DNA from: Acidobacteriota bacterium
GTDB taxonomy: Bacteria; Acidobacteriota; Thermoanaerobaculia; Multivoradales; UBA5704
Reading direction: 5' to 3'
Length of the DNA stretch: 34,613 bases
Assembly: GCA_040005235.1 (NCBI GenBank)
Contig: JBDTZG010000056.1
Span: forward strand, 1 to 34,613
In this document: in pieces, positions 21,589 to 30,700 of the stretch
How positions within the stretch are numbered: position 1 is the first letter of the stretch
Layout: each line of letters opens with the position of its first letter
Program-made: the position numbers and the translations under genes
Notes under the pieces: generated by a model
The model's input: only the letters and a program-made list of their open reading frames with translations
Database searches by the model: none
What the model was told of the DNA's origin: nothing

Positions 21589-21700
21589 TCCGCCTCCTGG
21601 TTGGCGCTGGCTGTAGAGATAGAGGTCAGCGCGGCCTGCAAGTATAGACGACACCCACGGGAGGGTCCGGGTGTTAAGGCGCGGAACGCACCGGAAAGCA

Positions 21701-21732
21701 GAAGAGCCCCGGCCAGACGGCCGGGGCTCTTC
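21701..21732 (-). terminator. Intrinsic terminator-like hairpin after the Phi-1-like gene
   Basis: Perfect 14-bp stem GAAGAGCCCCGGCC-AGAC-GGCCGGGGCTCTTC, 23 bp downstream of the stop. Confidence 0.75.
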
Positions 21733-21755
21733 CTCCTACCGGAATGGTTCCGGTT

Positions 21756-22622
21756 TTACGGCAAGGTTTTCTTGCAGGCGTTGAACGTGTTGGACCACTC
21801 GTACTGATAGCCGTAGCCGCCGGTGCCGAGGAACGGCGAGGGCGACCAGGCGCACTTGTCGTCGGCCTCTTCGCCGGAAGAATCGTACCAACCGAGGCCG
21901 GTCGGATCGGTCACGGCTTCGCGGGTTTCGTGGCACATGAAGTGCTCGGCGTCCTGCACGTCGGACCACCCTGCAACCTGGCAGCCGGAGCAGCTCGGGT
22001 ACGGTTCGATCGAGTACTTCTTGGCGCTCGCGCCGCTGCCGATCCAGCTGTGGTAGGCGCAGTACGCGAGGCCCGGGCCGCCGCAGGAGGTGCTGGCGCC
22101 GTTCGAGGAGTACGAGGTGCTCGGGATGACCACTTCATAGATCGTGCTGGCGTTGAAGCCGAACGCGGAGATGTAAGCGTTGACCTTGGTCCGGACGGCC
22201 GAATCGGTCACGTTGGTCGCAGGATTCGTGCAGTCGAACAGGTCGGGGGTGCCGGTACCGAGGTTCGCCAGAGTGATCCCGGAATACTGAGTGATCACGT
22301 TGTACTCAGGGGTCGTGCCCAACTGGTTGCGATAGGCCTGGAGGGTCGTGGCGTAGGAACGCGAGACACCGCCGACGCAGAAGGCCGAACCCCAGAAGAT
22401 GTAGACCACTTTGGCGGTCGTGATCGTCGGCCCACCGTGGTAACTGATGTTTACCGCCTTGACGACTTTTTCGTCGGCCTTCCAACCCTGAGGGCGTGTG
22501 TAGACCACCCGGCGATTGCTCGCCTGCGCATTCTGCGTCGCCGCATCCGTGGCCGCGTTGGCAGCCATGGCGAGCAAGCCGCAGGACAGAGCCAGAACCG
22601 ACTTCATGCTTCCAATCCGCAT
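21756..22622 (-). CDS. Secreted Phi-1/EXORDIUM-like protein
   Basis: Signal peptide; ISYHGGP...VVYIFWG, YCAYHS, HETREAVTDP and WYD...EEADDKCAW motifs; Cys-rich; GGAGG RBS. Confidence 0.78.
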   Translation of the reverse strand: MRIGSMKSVLALSCGLLAMAANAATDAATQNAQASNRRVVYTRPQGWKADEKVVKAVNISYHGGPTITTAKVVYIFWGSAFCVGGVSRSYATTLQAYRNQLGTTPEYNVITQYSGITLANLGTGTPDLFDCTNPATNVTDSAVRTKVNAYISAFGFNASTIYEVVIPSTSYSSNGASTSCGGPGLAYCAYHSWIGSGASAKKYSIEPYPSCSGCQVAGWSDVQDAEHFMCHETREAVTDPTGLGWYDSSGEEADDKCAWSPSPFLGTGGYGYQYEWSNTFNACKKTLP

Positions 22623-22992
22623 CGAGGATTCCTCCAGGGAATCGGCTGAAAAGGGCGCCGGCTCGCAGTAGTTGCGCCCCTCCCAATGAAAGGCGTTCTG
22701 CCGTGAACAACGGGATCGAGCTCAGCGAGTCTCGACCACAGTCTCCCCCCCGGCTACCATGAGGTAGCGTCAGGAAGGTAGGTTTCATGAAGTTGATTTG
22801 TCCTGCTATATGTAGGTGTGCAGGATTGGGTCGAAAGTGAGCCGGGCAAGTAGAAAAAGGTCAAAATTCCTCGCCCGCCCGATTTGCCGGGGCCGAAAGG
22901 TTTGATCGGCAGGTAGAATCCGCCCACCTGACCTCGGGTCCGAAACCTTGCGCAATCCCAAGCCGTCGAGTCTCCCAATCGGGGTAACTTTC

Positions 22993-23088
22993 ATGCTCGA
23001 ACGTCGTCTCCTCGCGTCCGTGGCCGTCGCGGCTTTCTTCTTGGGACTTTCGCTTCCGGCCGACCCCGCCGCTGCGGCGGCCGGCTAA
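22993..23088 (+). pseudogene. Orphan signal-peptide ORF (31 aa), probable remnant of a secreted protein
   Basis: MLERRLLASVAVAAFFLGLSLPADPAAAAAG*; the stop overlaps the convergent permease stop. Confidence 0.45.
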
Positions 23089-23920
23089 TCCTCCGCGAGC
23101 GCGGCGAGCGGCGAGATCGTCGCCGCTCGCTGCGCGGGGAGCAGGCAGGCGAGCAGGGTGATCGACCCCAGGATTACGACGGTACCCCCGAGGATTGCCC
23201 AGGGCAAAGCGGGTACCCCGAACAGGAGTCCGGAGAGGCCGCGGCTGGTCGCCCAGGCGCCGAGCAGGCCGAGCGCGGTTCCGGTCGCGAGCAGGCGGAA
23301 GCCCTGCCCCAGGAACTGATCGCGCACCTGGCGGGGCAGCGCGCCGAGCGCCATGCGCAGGCCGATTTCGCGCCGACGTTGGGCGACGGCATAGCCGATC
23401 ACGCCGTAGGTGCCGATCGCGGTGATCGACAAGGCGAGGACGGCGAAGACCGCGAGCAGCAGGGTGGAGGAGCGCCGATCGACGAGCCGGTCGGACATCC
23501 GGCTCGGCATCGAGCGCAGGTCGTCGACCGGCAGCTCCGGATCGATCTTCCTGACGCTTTGGCGCAGTGCGCTCCCGAGCGACTCCGGCGTCGTCGCGGC
23601 GGCGCTCCGGACGACCAGGAACAGATCGCTGTCGAAGTGATCGTCATAAGAGAAATAGATCGCGCCGCGGTTGTGGGTCTCGGCGAGCTGCTCCTGTTTG
23701 ACCGTGCCGACGACGCCCACGATCGTGCAGGCATCGGCCGGATTTTCTTCGTTCGGTGGCGGCGGGAATCGGGAAACGGCAGCGGGCGCAGCAGAATCGC
23801 ATCGACCAGCGCGAAGAGGGTCAAGTTCGCGCCCAGGCAGAGCGCAAGCGTTGCGAGGGCGTTCGCGGTGAAGCGGGGCTCCCGGGCCAGGCGTCGTAGG
23901 GCGTAGCGGAGGTCTCGCAC
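23085..23920 (-). pseudogene. ADOP/MacB-FtsX-type ABC permease with a large internal deletion and frameshift
   Basis: N-terminus MRDLRYALRRLAREPRFT...LGANLTLFALVDAILLRPLPFPDS in one frame; C-terminus TIVGVVG...YAVAQRRREIGLRMALGA...LPAQRAATISPLAALAED in another; junction at about 23745-23765. Confidence 0.85.
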
Positions 23921-23975
23921 GGTTCGCTTCCTCTCTCAAAGGTCAGGCTCTATGCGGTGCCTGGGGCGTTCCAAC

Positions 23976-24020
23976 ATTTCACCCGGGTGATATTGACTTT
24001 TTATTTTATCCGGGTAATAT
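23976..24020 (+). promoter_or_regulatory. sigma70 promoter overlapped by two 18-bp palindromic operators
   Basis: TTGACT (23993-23998)-N16-TAATAT (24015-24020); palindromes ATTTCACCCGGGTGATAT (23976-23993) and ATTTTATCCGGGTAATAT (24003-24020). Confidence 0.75.
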
Positions 24021-24077
24021 CTGCGCCGCGATGGCGCTTGGCAGGCCCGCCGCTCTTGAATCCCTGGAGGGGACACC

Positions 24078-25457
24078 GTGAAAGACCTGACGAAAGGCCC
24101 GATCCCCCGTCACATCCTGGAGATGGCGGCGCCGATGGCGATCGGGATGCTGATCCAGACGTTCTACTACTTGGTCGACCTCTATTTCGTGTCGAGGCTC
24201 GGCGACACTGCGATCGCCGGAGTGAGTGCCGCGGGCAACGCGATGTTCATCGTGCTCGGCCTCACCCAGATGCTCGGCGTGGGCACCGTGGCGCTGATCG
24301 CCCAGGCGGTCGGCCGGAAAGATCAGGGTGACGCGAACCTGGTCTTCAACCAGTCGCTCGTCCTGTCGGCGATTTGCGGCATCCTGACTCTCGTCGGGGG
24401 CTACGCGCTCACGGGGGCCTATATGGGCTCGATCGGCGCGGGAGCCGAGGCGACTCTCGCCGGGGTCACCTATCTTCACTACTTCATTCCGGGGCTGGCG
24501 CTTCAATTCGCGCTGATCGGCATGGGCTCCGCCCTTCGCGGCACCGGCATCGTCAAGCCAACGATGACCGTCCAGGTGCTCACGGTCCTGATCAACATCG
24601 TGCTCGCCCCGGTCTTGATCGCGGGCTGGGGGACCGGGCATCCCTTAGGGGTTGCGGGGGCGGGCCTCGCCACTTCGATCGCCGTGGGCCTGGGCGTCGT
24701 GATGATGACGGTCTACTTCACGCGGCTCGAAAAGTACGTCACTTTTCACGGCTCGGAGTGGCAACCCCGGCTCGGAACTTGGAAGCGGATCCTGGGCATC
24801 GGCCTGCCTGCCGGCGGCGAATTCATGCTCCTGTTCGTCTACATGGCGGTGATCTTCCGCGTCATCCGCAATTTCGGCCCGGCGGCCCAGGCGGGATTCG
24901 GCGTCGGCTCGCGGGTGATGCAGGCGGTCTTCCTCCCCGCCATGGCGATCGCCTTCGCGGCGGCGCCGATCGCGGGGCAGAACTTCGGCGCCCGACAGCC
25001 GGAGCGCGTCCGCCAGACCTTCCGCACCGCCGCCTTGATGGGGAGCGCGTTGATGTTGGCTCTCACTCTCTTCTGCCAATTGCGGCCGGAGTGGTTCGTG
25101 CTCGGCTTCACGCAGGAGCCGGAGGTGGTGGCGGTGGGCGCGCAGTTCCTTCGCTTCATTTCGTGGAACTTCGTTGCCTCGGGCTTGATCTTCACCTGCT
25201 CCGGCATGTTCCAGGCGATGGGCAACACCTGGCCTTCCCTGATGAGCACGGGGACCCGGCTGCTCACTTTCGCGCTCCCGGCGGTCTGGCTGTCGCATCA
25301 GCCGGGCTTCCACATCGAACAGGTCTGGTACCTGTCGGTCGCCACGGTGGCGCTCCAATTGACCCTCAGCCTGTTGCTCCTTCGCTCCCAACTTCGCCGC
25401 AGGCTGGCCGGATTGCCCAGCCCGGCGGAAACTCTCCAAGAGGTGGTCGTCGCATGA
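24078..25457 (+). CDS. MATE family efflux transporter
   Basis: MKDLTKGPI start, VDLYFVSRLG, LRGTG...P, GVAGAGLAT and GQNFGA motifs; about 12 TM helices; GGAGG RBS. Confidence 0.95.
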   Translation: MKDLTKGPIPRHILEMAAPMAIGMLIQTFYYLVDLYFVSRLGDTAIAGVSAAGNAMFIVLGLTQMLGVGTVALIAQAVGRKDQGDANLVFNQSLVLSAICGILTLVGGYALTGAYMGSIGAGAEATLAGVTYLHYFIPGLALQFALIGMGSALRGTGIVKPTMTVQVLTVLINIVLAPVLIAGWGTGHPLGVAGAGLATSIAVGLGVVMMTVYFTRLEKYVTFHGSEWQPRLGTWKRILGIGLPAGGEFMLLFVYMAVIFRVIRNFGPAAQAGFGVGSRVMQAVFLPAMAIAFAAAPIAGQNFGARQPERVRQTFRTAALMGSALMLALTLFCQLRPEWFVLGFTQEPEVVAVGAQFLRFISWNFVASGLIFTCSGMFQAMGNTWPSLMSTGTRLLTFALPAVWLSHQPGFHIEQVWYLSVATVALQLTLSLLLLRSQLRRRLAGLPSPAETLQEVVVA

Positions 25458-26053
25458 GCACCCAGTCCTTTACTTCTTGTACCGCCTTCCTCGGCACCGA
25501 GCGCATCGCCTCCGGCGATCTGCGCGCGGTCGCCGAAGCGGCCAAGGCCCGCATCGATCGGGGAGATCCCCCCGCGCTGTTGATCTTCGACGACGTGACG
25601 AGTCAGCCGGTCGAGCTCGACCTGCGCGGCACCCTCGCCGATGTGCTCGCCCGCCTGCCGGTCACCGCCGAAACCCCAGAGGGCGAGGCCGAAGAGAGCG
25701 CCGAAGCCCGTTCGCCCGGCCGACCGAAGCTCGGCGTAGTCGCCCGCGAAGTCACCCTTCTGCCGCGCCATTGGGAATGGCTCGGAACCCAACCCGGCGG
25801 CGCTTCGGTCACGCTGCGCAAACTGGTCGAAGCCGCACGCAAAAGCCATGTGGAAGAGGATCGCCTGCGGCAACGCCGCGAAGCGGCCTACCGCTTCATG
25901 ACCGCAATGGGCGGCAACGAGGTCGGATTCGAAGAAGCCATCCGCGCGCTGTTCGCCGGCCAAAGGGAGCCGTTCGAAACCTCGCTCGAATCGTGGCCGC
26001 CCGACGTTCGGCAGCACGTCCAGGCATTGGCGGGGGACGCGTTTCAGGCCTGA
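25454..26053 (+). CDS. DUF2239 family protein (candidate RHH-type regulator)
   Basis: TAFLGTERIASG, LIFDD...VELDLRG and GRPKLGVVAREVTLLPRHWEWL...GGASVTLRKLVE motifs; ATGA overlap with MATE. Confidence 0.88.
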   Translation: MSTQSFTSCTAFLGTERIASGDLRAVAEAAKARIDRGDPPALLIFDDVTSQPVELDLRGTLADVLARLPVTAETPEGEAEESAEARSPGRPKLGVVAREVTLLPRHWEWLGTQPGGASVTLRKLVEAARKSHVEEDRLRQRREAAYRFMTAMGGNEVGFEEAIRALFAGQREPFETSLESWPPDVRQHVQALAGDAFQA

Positions 26054-26129
26054 GCCTTTTCAGGCCTGCGGGTTTCGTCCTTCCGCGAGCGCTTGCGACG
26101 ATCGGAGATTGGCTCGCGTATCCTTGAGC

Positions 26130-27275
26130 ATGCCCTTTGCCGCTCCCTTTCGCGCGCCCCTTCGATTCGCCTTCGCCCTCGTCGTCTCGCTGTCCGCGGC
26201 GGGCGCCCAGCCTCCGCCGCAGGTGCTCGCCGCCGCGCATTTCGATGCCGCGTGGCGAACGAGCAAAGCGCCTGGCATGTCGCTCGCGGTGGCGCAAGAC
26301 GGACGCTTCGTGATGTCCGAGTCGCGGGGGGTCGCGAACCTCAATTTCCTCGTTCCCGCCGCCGCCGACACGGTCTACAACCTCGGCTCGATCTCCAAGT
26401 TGAACACGGCCGTCGCCGTGATGCAGCTGGTCGAGCAGGGCAAAGTCGGGCTCGACGATCCGATCCAGAAGTACGTGCCGAGCTTTCCGGAGAAGCCCGG
26501 CGGTCCGATCACGGTCCGCCAATTGCTCACCCACACCTCCGGGATTCGCCACTACCTGCCGACCGATTTTCCCGACTCCGACGCGAACGAAAACCGCCGA
26601 CCGTACAAAACCCTTTCCGACGCGATCACCCTGTTCCGCGACGATCCCCTCCTGTTCCCGCCCGGCACGCTGTTTCGCTACACCTCGTACGGCGTGAATC
26701 TGCTCCAGGGGGTGATCGAAACGACGAGCGGCCTATCCTTCGAGGACTACATGCGCCGAAACGTCTGGCAGCCGGCGGGCATGCTCCAAACGGCGGTGGA
26801 CGTACCGGGCCGCATCGTCCCGCATCGCGCCCAAGGGTATCTCACGGACGGTGGCCCGCTCCGAGAGCATCCGTACGGCGACCTCACCTACAAGTTCCCG
26901 AGCGGCGGCATCATCTCCACCGCCGAAGACCAGGCGCGCCTCTGCGTGGCGCTCAACAGCGGCCGGCTCCTACGCCCGGAGACCCGCGATCAGATGTGGG
27001 CGTCCCAACTGCCGCTGCCGATCCGCGCCTACCAAGACAACGCCCCTCCGTACGAAGAGGATTTCGAGCAGGGCTTCCTCTGGCGCGCCCAGAAAGACGC
27101 CGCCGGCCGTCGCTTCGTCTACCACTGCGGCGCGGTTCAAGGCTTTCAAGACTGCCTGGTCAACTTCCCCGCCGAAAACCTCGTCGTCGTCCTGCTCGCC
27201 AACGGCGACGAAGGCCCCGGCTGGGCCGAGCCGCTGGCGATCGCGGAATTGTTTTTGCCGGTGACCTTGAAATAG
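26130..27275 (+). CDS. Serine hydrolase, beta-lactamase class C-like family, secreted
   Basis: Signal peptide; SxxK (GSISK), LLTHTSG, YTSYG and HCG motifs. Confidence 0.9.
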   Translation: MPFAAPFRAPLRFAFALVVSLSAAGAQPPPQVLAAAHFDAAWRTSKAPGMSLAVAQDGRFVMSESRGVANLNFLVPAAADTVYNLGSISKLNTAVAVMQLVEQGKVGLDDPIQKYVPSFPEKPGGPITVRQLLTHTSGIRHYLPTDFPDSDANENRRPYKTLSDAITLFRDDPLLFPPGTLFRYTSYGVNLLQGVIETTSGLSFEDYMRRNVWQPAGMLQTAVDVPGRIVPHRAQGYLTDGGPLREHPYGDLTYKFPSGGIISTAEDQARLCVALNSGRLLRPETRDQMWASQLPLPIRAYQDNAPPYEEDFEQGFLWRAQKDAAGRRFVYHCGAVQGFQDCLVNFPAENLVVVLLANGDEGPGWAEPLAIAELFLPVTLK

Positions 27276-27420
27276 TCGAGATCACGGTGCGCCGGGTCGT
27301 TTCAGACGATCTTTCGGATGCCTCGACCGAACCCTTCCATCCCGCTACCCCTTTTCCCGTTTCCGCTTACGCATCTCAGAGTCCAGCCAACGATCTGACG
27401 GGCGACGGGATCGAATTCGG

Positions 27421-27672
27421 GAAGGAAAAGCCCCCTCCGCCGGACCCGCGGGACGATCTTCTGGCCAAAAAGACCCCTCCGTCGGTCGCGCGAAATAGTC
27501 ATTTGGCCAAAAAGACTCCTCCGTCGACCGGGCGGAACGGTCTTTTGACCAAAAAGACCCTTACGCTGGACCAGGGGAATGGTCTTTTTCTTCGTTTGAC
27601 TCCTCCGCTGGGCGCGCGGAATGGTCTTTTCTTTCAAGAGACCCGTCCGCGGGGTCAGCGGAGCGATCTTTC
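27421..27672. repeat. Six tandem 42-bp degenerate self-palindromic units
   Basis: Units start at 27421, 27463, 27505, 27547, 27589 and 27631; consensus approximately nnnCAAAAAGACYCCTCCG-n-GCGGAAYGGTCTTTT. Confidence 0.85.
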
Positions 27673-27718
27673 GCTCAGGCCGCTCGCTGGGCGCGACTCC
27701 AACGAGACGCTGCACCGG

Positions 27719-27777
27719 GAGACGCCCCGACGGCCAGCACCCGGTTCTGTCGTGGTGGCGTCCTGGGGCGTCTCTAC
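27719..27777 (-). repeat. GTAG-type REP element (solo copy)
   Basis: Reverse complement matches 100-158 at 56 of 59 positions by manual alignment. Confidence 0.88.
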
Positions 27778-27792
27778 CCTGTCATCGACCGT

Positions 27793-30700
27793 TCATTTGG
27801 GCGCCGACGTCCGCCCCCCGAACCGCCAGGCCAGCTCAGGCATCAGAATCAAATTCAGCAGCGTCGACGTAGCCAGCCCCCCGAGCACCGCTACGGCCAT
27901 CGGTCCTTCGATTTCGTGGCCAGGGCGGTGGAGGCCGATGGCCAGCGGGACCAGGCCGAGGCCGGTTACTAGGGCAGTCATCAGGATCGGCACCAGGCGC
28001 TCCGCGGTGCCGCGGCGGAGGGTTTCGCGATCCCAGGGGGCGCCTTCTTGGTCGACCAGGTGTTCGAAGTGGGCGAGGAGGAGGATCGAGTTGCGGGCTC
28101 CGATGCCGAAGACGGTGACCAGGCCGACGAGGGCTCCCAAGGAGAGCCCGACTCCGGAGAGGCCGACGGCGAGGATGCTGCCGATCAGGCAGAACGGCAG
28201 GCCGGCGAGGACCAGCCAGGGGTAGGTGCGGCGGCGGAACGCTAAGAAGAGGACGAGCATCACGAGGCCGACCGCGAGGGCGGTGTCGAGCAGCAGCTCC
28301 CGGCGGGCCAGACTTTCCGTCTCCGCCGCTCCCGCGAAGCTGAGCTCGACGCCGGCCGGCAGATGGAGCGCCGCGAGCTTCGTCTTCGCCGCGCCCACCA
28401 CCTGGGTGAACGGTTGACCCTCGACGTTGAAGGTTACCGCTACCCGGCGGCGCCCCCCTTCGTGGACGATGCTCGCGCGCCCGTCGGCCATCGCGATGGT
28501 GGCGACGCGCGAGAGCGGCACCCGCCCCGTGGGGCCGGAAATCCAAAGGGAAGAGAGAGCGTCGAGCCGGCCGCGCTGTTCGGCGGGAAGCAGGATCACC
28601 GCTTCGATGGTTCGCGCGCCGTCGAAGGTTTCCCCCACGTTCGTTCCGGCATAGGCGGTAGCGATCGCATCGAGCGCGTCATCCGTCCGCAGGCCATAGG
28701 TCGAAAGCGCCCTGGGGTCGAGCTTCACCGAGAGCATCGGGGTGCCGCTCTCTTTTTTGAGCTGCAGATCGACCACGCCGGGGAGGGTCGAAAGGGTTCC
28801 CGCGACCGCGCCGGCCGCGAGGTCCAGATCGTCCAGTCGGTCGCCGAAGACGAGCACCACCACCTGCGCGGTCTCTCCGGTCAGGCTTTCGCTGATCCGG
28901 TCGCCGAGAAACGTGAGCACTTCGCCGCGCACGCCGGGGAAGGTGGCGAGCACCTCGCGCAGCTTCTCTTGCACCTTCGTCTCGTCGAGCTTCGAGCCGG
29001 CTTTGAGCTCCAGGTGCAGCTCGCTCCGGTGCGGTCCCCAGGTGTCCTCGCCCAGCTCGGCGCGGCCGACCTGCTGCTCGACCGTGGCGACGAACGGCAG
29101 TTTGAGCAGATCGCGGCTCAACCGTTCGCCCATGCCGAGCATCTCCGCGAGCGACGTGCCCGGGATGCGGCTCGAAACCTGGAGCACGAAGTGCCCTTCG
29201 CGAAACGCGGGCAGCAGCTCGCCGCCGCCGAGCGCCGGCAGCCAGGCGAGCGCCGCGAGAAGTGCCACCACCAGCGCCGCGCCCGAGAGGCCGAAGTGGC
29301 GTTCGGCGAAGGTGAGCGAGGAACCGTGAGCCTTGGCGAGCGCCGCGAGCCAGCGGGGGTGAGAGAGCTTTTGCCGTTCGGGCAGCAGCAGCGCACAGAG
29401 CGCCGGAGTGACGGTGAACGCCACGGCGAGCGAGGCGAGCACTGCCAGCGCGAACGCCATCGCGAGGGGCCGGAGGAATCGGCCCTGCACCCCCGTCGCG
29501 AGCAGCACGGGGAGGAACGCGATCAGCACCACCAGGGTGGCGTAGAGCACCGCGCCGCGGATTTCGAGCGAGGCGTCGCGGATTACCGCGAGGCGCGGCC
29601 GGGGCTCCGCGAGCCGGAGGTTTTCGCGCAGCCGGCGCAGGATGTTTTCGACGTCGATGATCGCGTCGTCCACCAGCACGCCCAAGGCGACGGCGAAGCC
29701 GCCGAGCGTCATCGTGTTGAGCGTCTGGCCGAAATGGGTGAGCACCGCCACCGCCGCGAGCAGCGAGAGGGGAATGGTGAGAAACGAGATCAGCACCGAG
29801 CGCGGATCGCGCAGGAAGAGCATCAGGATCGCGAGGATCATCAGCGCCCCGATGCCCAGCGCGCCGCCGAGGTCGGAGAGGGCTCGCTCGATGAAATTCG
29901 CCGGCCGGTGGAGGGCCGGATAGACCTTGATGCCGCGTGCCGTGAGCGCGGGCGTCAGCTCGGCGAGCGCGGCTTCCACCCCTTGGGTGGTGGCGAGGGT
30001 GTTCGCTCCGTACTGTCCGGAGATCGTGAGCAGAACGCCCGCTCGACCTTGAATCCGCGCGTCGCCCACTTTGAGCGCCTCCCCTAAGACCACCTTCGAG
30101 ACGTCGCTCAAATGGATCGCCACACCCGAGCGGACGGCGACTACGGTCGCTCCGAGGACTTCCGGGTCGGGGCTCGGCGTAGGGGTGGAGATCAACACCC
30201 GTTGCGCCGCCAGATCGACGAAGCCGGCGCCCCGCAGCGCGAGCGCGCCGCGGGCCGCCCCCGCGAGGTCGGAGAGCACTAGGCCGTAGGCGGCCATCCG
30301 GTCGAAATCGGGAAGGATCTGGATCTGCCGCACCGAGCCGCCGAAGACAGTGAGCCGCGCCACGCCGGGGACCGCGAGCAGCCGCGGCTTGAGCGTCCAG
30401 TCGGCGAGATCGCGCAACGCGAACGGATCGACGGTGTCGACCCCTTCGGAAACGAGGCCGATCTTCAACAGGTCCATCGTGCTCGAAACGAGGGGGGAGA
30501 CCTTCGGCGCGGGAATCCCCGCGGGGAGGCTGCCGGAGAGGCTCGCAAGCCGCTCGGCTACCCCTTGGCGGGCGGCCTGCACATCGCTTCCCTCGGCGAA
30601 GATCAGCGTCACCACCGACAGGCCGGGGATCGATTCGGAGCGGAGCGAGGCAAGCCCCGGCGCGCCGTTCACCGCCGCCTCGACCGGCCGGGTGACCAAC

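Noticed and set aside
9000-24000. Prophage or integrative element explaining the accessory region
   Set aside because: No integrase, transposase, phage structural genes, tRNA or att-like repeats seen; the GH25 remnant alone is insufficient.
24374-25453. Long N-terminal extension of DUF2239 in the ORF track
   Set aside because: Off-frame overlap with MATE; the real start is the ATGA-coupled ATG at 25454.
27421-27672. Possible CRISPR array
   Set aside because: Units are contiguous and degenerate, with no unique 25-45 bp spacers and no cas genes in the window.
26093-28225. 710-aa ORF spanning the serine hydrolase, repeat array and RND end
   Set aside because: Off-frame, Arg/Pro-rich, overlaps two well-supported genes and runs through a REP.
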